This document shows, piece after piece, positions 57,908-64,000 of a DNA stretch of 64,000 nt (positions are counted from its first letter, which is position 1; each line of letters starts with the position of its first letter). This DNA is from Alphaproteobacteria bacterium. Its GTDB lineage: Bacteria; Pseudomonadota; Alphaproteobacteria; SP197. The position numbers were made by a program, and so were the translations under genes. The notes beneath the pieces are model-generated. The model did no database searches, had not been told where the DNA came from, and saw only the letters and a list, made by a program, of their open reading frames with translations. The stretch spans positions 640,001-704,000 of the forward strand of contig OZ245842.1 of NCBI GenBank assembly GCA_965228895.1, given 5' to 3'.

Positions 57908-59230
57908 ATGGCATCCAATCTGCGTTACACCGGCTATTACGAAACACAAGACGCCGGCATTGACGAGGAACTCGCGCGGGTCGGCCGTGGGACGCCATGC
58001 GGCGAATACATGCGCCGCTTCTGGCACCCCGTCGCCATGACGTCCCAGGTCAAGGACGTGCCGCTTCTGATCCGTCGCTTCGGCGAGGACCTCATCCTGT
58101 TCCGCGATAAGCAGGGACGTTATGGGCTGGTGCATCGCCACTGCCCCCATCGCAACGCGTCGCTGGAGTACGGCATCCCGACCGAATGTGGCATCCGTTG
58201 CTGCTATCACGGCTGGCACTTCGACGTCGACGGCACGTTGTTGGAAGCGCCCGCCGAGGCCGATGATACGAAAATCAGGCAGCAAGTGCGGCTGGGCGCC
58301 TATCCGGTGCGCGAGTACCGTGGCCTCGTCTTCGCCTATATGGGTCCGCCGGAGGAGGAGCCGGCGTTTCCGATCTACGATACCTTCGAGATTGAAGACG
58401 GCGAGCTCGTCCCTTACGAGGTCACGCAGCCCTGCAACTGGCTGCAGATCGCCGAGAACTCGTGCGATCCCATGCATGTCGTCTTCCTGCACACGCGCGT
58501 CAACATCGTGCAGTTCACCGAAAAACTGGGCTATTGGCCGGTCATGGACTGGCGCGAACGCCCGATCGGCCTGTTCTATACGAAGGCGCGGCGGGTCAAC
58601 GATTACATCTGGATCTCGACCAACGACGTCATCCTGCCGAACTTCACCCAGGCCGGCGCGGTCTATGAGAACACCGACGGTACCGAACCCAAATACTTCG
58701 GCCGCTGCTCGTTCACCCGCTGGGTCGTGCCGATCGACGACACGCATACGACAATTCTGGCCTACCGCCATTTCAACAAACGCGCAGAGACCGCGCGCGA
58801 CGAATGGCGGACGCCCGAGGCACTCGAGAAGATCGACATCGGCGAGTTGAGGAGCCGCCCCTACGAGGAACGCCAGCGCAACCCCGGCGACTACGAGGCG
58901 TTCGTCGGTCAGGGACCGATCTCACCGCACAAACGTGAGAACCTCGTGACATCCGACAAGGGTGTCGCGATGTACCGCCTGCGGCTGCGCAACGAGATCA
59001 AGAAACTCCAGGCCGGAGAGGCACCTCTTCAACCGGCGGCCTACGTCGATAACCCGATCCCGACCTATGGCAGCGACACGGTCATTCGCTTGCCGGAGTC
59101 AGACGACGACGAGGACGCGATTGCGGCGCTGCAACGCAAGGTCGGCGATGTCTACGAGTCGGCGGACAAGATCAAAGGAGAGGCCCGCTACGACTATCTC
59201 GCCGAACACCTCGCGCTGCTCAACACCTAG
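57908..59230 (+). CDS. Rieske non-heme iron oxygenase alpha subunit (phthalate dioxygenase-like group)
   Basis: Rieske CPHR...CCYHGW; mononuclear Fe EN..DPMHVVFLH; SDKG. Confidence 0.9.
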   Translation: MASNLRYTGYYETQDAGIDEELARVGRGTPCGEYMRRFWHPVAMTSQVKDVPLLIRRFGEDLILFRDKQGRYGLVHRHCPHRNASLEYGIPTECGIRCCYHGWHFDVDGTLLEAPAEADDTKIRQQVRLGAYPVREYRGLVFAYMGPPEEEPAFPIYDTFEIEDGELVPYEVTQPCNWLQIAENSCDPMHVVFLHTRVNIVQFTEKLGYWPVMDWRERPIGLFYTKARRVNDYIWISTNDVILPNFTQAGAVYENTDGTEPKYFGRCSFTRWVVPIDDTHTTILAYRHFNKRAETARDEWRTPEALEKIDIGELRSRPYEERQRNPGDYEAFVGQGPISPHKRENLVTSDKGVAMYRLRLRNEIKKLQAGEAPLQPAAYVDNPIPTYGSDTVIRLPESDDDEDAIAALQRKVGDVYESADKIKGEARYDYLAEHLALLNT

Positions 59231-59529
59231 GGCGTTTCGGTCTTCTCTAGCTCTTCGATCGGGATCGGGATCGCTAGGTTACAGGCGTGGACGCCCATGG
59301 CGGTGGTGAGCTGGATTGTCTCCGGGATTTCTTCCTTGGTCGCGCCAGCCTTCGAGGCGTTCCGCATGTGGCGAAGACGAACTATTTCCACAAACAGTGA
59401 CGGATGTCCGCACGGTCCGCGCTTGTAGAGTCAAACAGACCGGCGCGACTGCGGCCATCAACCTGCTCCAGATTTGAACGCCCTCATGACGGTCACCGCC
59501 TGACCGTCAACATCATGCGCTGCTCAAAC

Positions 59530-59545
59530 TGTATACATTATACAT
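59530..59545. promoter_or_regulatory. Putative GntR/FadR operator (TGTATACA type)
   Basis: TGTATACA-TTATACAT in an AT-rich patch upstream of the SBP; second TGTATACA at 60867-60874. Confidence 0.55.
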
Positions 59546-59665
59546 CATACTGTACAAGACCGAGAAAGTGGTTCAAGGTTGGGGAGAGCTTGGCCGCGCC
59601 GACCTGCGTGGCTTGGCGACAAACGGTCGGTCGGACAAACGGCCGCTCACGAGGGGAGATCAGTC

Positions 59666-60775
59666 ATGAAACAGAGTGGGAAGCAGATGTTTGCCCGTAC
59701 GGATCGGCGATCCATGCTTGGCGCAATGGCGGCCGCCGGGGTCGTGCCGGTCGTGGCAGGCGGGTTGGCGCAGACGGCGAAGGCGGCAAGCGACCTTGTT
59801 GTCTTTGACTGGACGGGCTACGAGATTCCGGAGCTGCACCAGGAGTATATTGAGAAGTACGGTACGTCGCCGGACGTCGCCGTCTATGCCGATGTGCACG
59901 AGGCCTTCAACAAGATCCAGGCGGGATTCCGTTGCGACATCGTGCATCCGAACATCTGGGACGTCAGGCGCTTCTACGATGCCGGCCTGTTGCAGCCATG
60001 GGATACGTCGCGGCTGGATCACTGGGGCGATGTCTTCCCGCAGTTCCCGACCATGGCTGGCGCACAGTACGATGGCGAACAGTATCTGATCCCGACTGAT
60101 TGGGGCATCAACGCCTTGATCGTTCGTTCCGACCTTGTCGATCTCGAATCCGCCGAGCCGAGCTGGACCATGCTGTGGGACAGCCAATACGCCGGGCGCC
60201 TTTCGATGAACGCGGAGATGGAAGCGGCGGTCAAGACAACAGCGCTCATCCTGGGCATCGATGACCCATACAACGCGACCGAGGATGAGGTCGCCGCGAT
60301 CCGTGACAAACTGGCTGAACAGCGCGAACTCATCCGGTTCTATTGGTCGGATCCCACCGAGCTTTCACAGGCCATTGCCGCCGGCGAGGTCGTTGCCGCC
60401 TGGGCCTGGCCCCAAGTCTACGGCGATTTGCTGAAGGAAGGCGTTCCCGTCGCCTATCTGACGCCGAAGGAGGGTGTCAACAGCTGGGCCACCGGCTTTG
60501 TTCGTCTTGCCGAGGCGCCGGGCAAGGAGCAGAACGCCTATGACTATGTGGACGCGTGGTTAGCGCCGGGAACCGGCAAGTGGCTGATTGAGAATTATGG
60601 TTACGGCCACACCAATCGGAAGTCCTTCGAAATGGTCTCGCCAGAGGTTTTGGACGAAAAGGGTCTTGCCGATCCCGACGCGATGATCGCCGGCGCCCGT
60701 GCCGGATCCGAGTTCGAACCTCAACTGCGCGACCAACTGGTCAATATGTATGAAGAGATCAAGGCCGGGTTCTGA
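59666..60775 (+). CDS. PotD/PotF-like substrate-binding protein, Tat-exported
   Basis: DRRSML Tat motif, FDWTGYE, PTDWG, PKEG. Confidence 0.88.
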   Translation: MKQSGKQMFARTDRRSMLGAMAAAGVVPVVAGGLAQTAKAASDLVVFDWTGYEIPELHQEYIEKYGTSPDVAVYADVHEAFNKIQAGFRCDIVHPNIWDVRRFYDAGLLQPWDTSRLDHWGDVFPQFPTMAGAQYDGEQYLIPTDWGINALIVRSDLVDLESAEPSWTMLWDSQYAGRLSMNAEMEAAVKTTALILGIDDPYNATEDEVAAIRDKLAEQRELIRFYWSDPTELSQAIAAGEVVAAWAWPQVYGDLLKEGVPVAYLTPKEGVNSWATGFVRLAEAPGKEQNAYDYVDAWLAPGTGKWLIENYGYGHTNRKSFEMVSPEVLDEKGLADPDAMIAGARAGSEFEPQLRDQLVNMYEEIKAGF

Positions 60776-60866
60776 TAGCGCCTGACGTTTCCATGGGTGA
60801 ACCACACAGTCAGCGCGCCGTGCAATTGCAATCTAGGTCAAGGAACTTGTACTCGGTTTTGCACTC

Positions 60867-60874
60867 TGTATACA
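60867..60874. promoter_or_regulatory. Putative GntR autoregulatory site
   Basis: TGTATACA palindrome upstream of the gntR-like gene. Confidence 0.45.
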
Positions 60875-60970
60875 TCGGCCCGACGTTTGAGGCGCCGCCT
60901 GCCCCTGTTGCAGTCGGCGCCTCAACGGTGGCCAGGGCCAACCGTTGGGGGTTTCGTGAGCAGATCTGAT

Positions 60971-61735
60971 ATGGCGTCGGTGACCAAGACGCGGCCTGAC
61001 GGTCACAAAACGTCGGCAGACAAGCCGACTTTCACGCGCATCAAGCCGGCAAGCCTGGCCGATGAAGTTGTCGAGCAGATTGTCGAGGCGATCGCCAATG
61101 GCGTCTTGCCGCCTGGTGAACGGCTGATCGAGACCGAGATCGCCAAGCAGCTCCACGTCAGTCGGGTGCCCGTGCGCGATGCGCTCCGCGCGCTGGAGAA
61201 ACAGGGTATCGTGGTTGTGACGCCGCATCGCGGCGCGCGTGTCATGGACATCGATCTCGATCTTTACCGGCAGGTTCAGGAGGTGCGCCTGGACCTGGAG
61301 CTTCGCGCCATCGCTGACTTTTGCGCTCGCCTTGCCGAGGATCCGGCGTACAGCAAGGAACTCGATAGGCATCTGGCTGAACTCGATGCCACGGTGGCCG
61401 CCAATGACCGCGATCATTACAACCAGCTTGACATCGAGTTCCACCGCTGGATTTGCCAATGCGCGCGCAATCATGTCGTCGCCACCCTGTGGGAGGCGTT
61501 GTCGCGACATTTGACGATCCTGCTCGGCCTGATGACAGAGGACTGGCAGGACATCAGGAAGTCACAGGGCGATCATCGAAAACTGGCGCGGCTGATGAAG
61601 GCCAACGATGTTGAGCGCGTCCGCGATCTGATGACCGATCACTTCTTCAAGGATATCGAGCGCGTCGACTACGATCCCGTCATCCACCGATTCACCATGC
61701 GTCCCGCGAAACGGCGGGCAAGACGTGGCCGGTAA
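60971..61735 (+). CDS. GntR (FCD)-family regulator
   Basis: PGERLIE, VSRVPVRDAL, D.EFH. Confidence 0.9.
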   Translation: MASVTKTRPDGHKTSADKPTFTRIKPASLADEVVEQIVEAIANGVLPPGERLIETEIAKQLHVSRVPVRDALRALEKQGIVVVTPHRGARVMDIDLDLYRQVQEVRLDLELRAIADFCARLAEDPAYSKELDRHLAELDATVAANDRDHYNQLDIEFHRWICQCARNHVVATLWEALSRHLTILLGLMTEDWQDIRKSQGDHRKLARLMKANDVERVRDLMTDHFFKDIERVDYDPVIHRFTMRPAKRRARRGR

Positions 61736-61742
61736 GGAAACG

Positions 61743-62585
61743 ATGACGTCTCTTTCAGGCAAGGTCGCGTGGGTGACCGGCGGTGGGACGGGGATGGGCC
61801 GGGCCACCGCGTTGAGGCTCGCCGAGGCGGGCGCCAACGTCGCCATCGGTTCATTGACGGAAGATCTTCGCGGCAACCTGGCCTCGGACCGTCAAACAGC
61901 CCTGACGCCATCCGTTGATCAGCTCACCGATACGGCCGCCGATCTGGAACGTCACGGGGTTCGCGCCTTGGCCATGCCGCTTGACGTGACCGACGATGCC
62001 TCGGTGCGCGACAGTTTCGACGCAGTTGTTCGGGAATTCGGCCCGGTCGACATCCTGATCAACGCCGCCGGAAATTCCGGCCGGCACCCGATCGTCGATC
62101 ATCCCGATACACTCTGGCACGCCATGCTGGATGTAAACCTGACGGGCCCTTACCGCACCACGAAGCTCTGCCTCCCCGGCATGATCGAGCGCGGTTGGGG
62201 GCGGGTCGTCAACTTCTCCTCGACTGCTGGATTGGTCGGCTCGCTCAACCACGCGGCTTATTGCGCGGCCAAATCCGGCTTGCTCGGCCTGACACGCTGT
62301 GTGGCGCAGGAGGGTGCGCCCCACGGCGTCACGTGCAACGCGATCTGTCCGGGTTGGGTGGCGACGGATCAGAACTACGTCGCCAGTTGTCAGGAGATGG
62401 AACTTGCCGGGGTCAAGGAGAAGACCGTTGAAGAGTTCCGCCAGATGATGGTCGAGAAGTGGGTGCCGCAGCGCCGCTTTCTGGAGACCGAGGAGGTTGG
62501 CGCCTTAGTGTCATTCCTGTGCGGCGAGGACGCGCGCGGCATAACTGGTGAGTCCTTGCGCATCTCCGGCGGTTCGCTTTGGTGA
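61743..62585 (+). CDS. SDR-family oxidoreductase
   Basis: TGGGTGMG, NAAG, YCAAK. Confidence 0.9.
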   Translation: MTSLSGKVAWVTGGGTGMGRATALRLAEAGANVAIGSLTEDLRGNLASDRQTALTPSVDQLTDTAADLERHGVRALAMPLDVTDDASVRDSFDAVVREFGPVDILINAAGNSGRHPIVDHPDTLWHAMLDVNLTGPYRTTKLCLPGMIERGWGRVVNFSSTAGLVGSLNHAAYCAAKSGLLGLTRCVAQEGAPHGVTCNAICPGWVATDQNYVASCQEMELAGVKEKTVEEFRQMMVEKWVPQRRFLETEEVGALVSFLCGEDARGITGESLRISGGSLW

Positions 62586-62663
62586 TATGATTTACGCCGC
62601 GAACAACGAAGGCGATTGCCACGTGCTGTTGGAGGTATTCCGTCAGCTATGCGATCGAAGACG

Positions 62664-63830
62664 ATGAACATCACTGGCATCGAAACCTTCTGTCTCGCCT
62701 GGCGCATGCCCTATCCGATCACCTATGCCAAGGGCGAGTACCAGGATCGCGAGGCGGTACTGGTCAAGGTAACGACCGACGATCCCGACATCGTCGGCTG
62801 GGGCGAGTCCGCCATGTGGGGTGGGCCGCACCCGGCGACCGTCGCCGTTATCGAACGGGAGATCGCGCCGCTCGTCATCGGCGAAGATCCACGCCGGCCC
62901 GAGCTGATCTGGGATAAGGTTTATCACGCGACCTACATGCACGGGCGCAAGGGCATGGTGATCGCCTGCCTTTCCGGCATCGACATCGCGTGCTGGGATA
63001 TCATGGGCAAGGCCGCCGGCCTGCCGCTTTGGCGCTTGCTGGGCGGTTATGGCAAGCCGATCACCTCCTATGCCTCCTCAGGCTACTACCGGCGCGACCA
63101 GTCGCTTGACGCTTTTGCCGCCGTTGTCGCGCAAGCACGCGACGAGGGTTTTCGCGGCTTCAAGATGAAGATTGGCAACATTCCCCAGGTCAACCACCAC
63201 GATGATGTGCCGTTGCGCCATTCGTTCGACGAGGACGTCGCGCGAATCCGCGCTGCGCGCGAGGCTATCGGCGCCGACCGCAATCTGATGGTCGACGGCA
63301 ACTGCGCACTGAACCCGCGTGTCGCGATGCGTTATGCGGAAGAACTGGAGCGGCTGAATGTCCGCTGGTTTGAGGAACCGGTTGAGCCGGAGAATGTTGC
63401 GGGATGTGTCGAGCTCGCGTCACGCACCCGCGTGCCGATCGCCGGTTTCGAGACCGAGACAACGGCCAAGACCTTCGCGCGTCTGATGGATGCCGGCGCA
63501 GTTCAGGTTGCCCAGCCCGACGTCGTGCAAGTCGGTGGTCTGACCGAGATGCGTAAGATCGCTGCCTACGCCCAGATGCGGCACCTCCCCGTGACCGGCA
63601 AGAACTACAGCACGTCACTCGGCCAGGCGGCGACACTTGCCGTGCTGCTGGCGGTGCCCAACGGTGACTATTTCGAATGGGAGTACGATCCGCTGCCATG
63701 GCGCGGCGAGGGTTTTCTGAAGGCGCCGTTCTTCGCCATCGATGATGGCTTGGTGACCGGCGTCGAAACGCCGGGGCTGGGCATTGATGTCGACGAGGGT
63801 AAACTCGCCGCCTGGCGCGTGACGCCCTAG
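62664..63830 (+). CDS. Mandelate racemase/muconate lactonizing (enolase superfamily) enzyme
   Basis: GWGE, KMKIG, MVDGN, FEEP, QPD, PGLG; start could be 62649. Confidence 0.88.
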   Translation: MNITGIETFCLAWRMPYPITYAKGEYQDREAVLVKVTTDDPDIVGWGESAMWGGPHPATVAVIEREIAPLVIGEDPRRPELIWDKVYHATYMHGRKGMVIACLSGIDIACWDIMGKAAGLPLWRLLGGYGKPITSYASSGYYRRDQSLDAFAAVVAQARDEGFRGFKMKIGNIPQVNHHDDVPLRHSFDEDVARIRAAREAIGADRNLMVDGNCALNPRVAMRYAEELERLNVRWFEEPVEPENVAGCVELASRTRVPIAGFETETTAKTFARLMDAGAVQVAQPDVVQVGGLTEMRKIAAYAQMRHLPVTGKNYSTSLGQAATLAVLLAVPNGDYFEWEYDPLPWRGEGFLKAPFFAIDDGLVTGVETPGLGIDVDEGKLAAWRVTP

Positions 63831-63853
63831 ATTAGACCCGAAGAGAGGGAACG

Positions 63854-64000
63854 ATGAGACTTGCCTTCTGGCTGATAGCCGATAGCCAGGTTGCTTGCGA
63901 GGTCGCAGCCAAATGCGGTTATGACATCGTTTTGCTCGACTTGGAGCACGGCGTGTTGGACGTCCAGGCGCTCGACCGGCTGGTGCCGTTCTGTCGGGCG
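63854..64000 (+). CDS. HpcH/HpaI aldolase-family protein, 3'-truncated by the window edge
   Basis: Hand translation MRLAFWLIADSQVACEVAAKCGYDIVLLDLEHG with GYD...D.EHG motif; gaggga RBS. Confidence 0.75.
   Translation, partial: MRLAFWLIADSQVACEVAAKCGYDIVLLDLEHGVLDVQALDRLVPFCRA

Noticed and set aside
59279-59461. 60-aa minus-strand ORF in the intergenic gap
   Set aside because: No recognisable motif or convincing RBS; cannot be supported

Overview
GC-rich bacterial window, probably from an alphaproteobacterium (Tat-exported solute-binding proteins, a rhizobial/Caulobacter-type CTAG-bounded intergenic repeat). It is almost entirely accessory catabolism. From left to right: (1) the 3' part of an RTX Ca-binding protein and a secreted tandem-LCCL protein; (2) a sugar/polyol module (SDR, BtpA/SgcQ, FGGY kinase, CUT1 ABC transporter) around a B12-dependent diol-dehydratase homolog with fused alpha-beta subunits, altered substrate-pocket residues and no reactivase or microcompartment genes; (3) a LacI-associated (thio)hydantoin-type module with four DUF917 proteins, two hydantoin racemases, a lone hydantoinase-A, a PotABCD-like transporter and a proline-iminopeptidase-like hydrolase with Asp in place of the catalytic Ser; (4) a phospho-lyase-like/kinase pair; (5) a MarR-linked homogentisate cluster; (6) a ~23 kb block tied together by four TGTGATCACA palindromes and a GntR gene, with two MttB-family methyltransferases, a PLP decarboxylase, a sarcosine-oxidase-like tetramer, a Dpp transporter, a TMADH-like flavoenzyme, a DddP-like lyase, a GST and a Rieske oxygenase; (7) the start of a second GntR cluster (SBP, SDR, enolase-superfamily enzyme, HpcH aldolase). 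I saw no rRNA, tRNA, CRISPR array or transposase. Family calls and reference residue numbers come from motif recognition and memory, not database searches.
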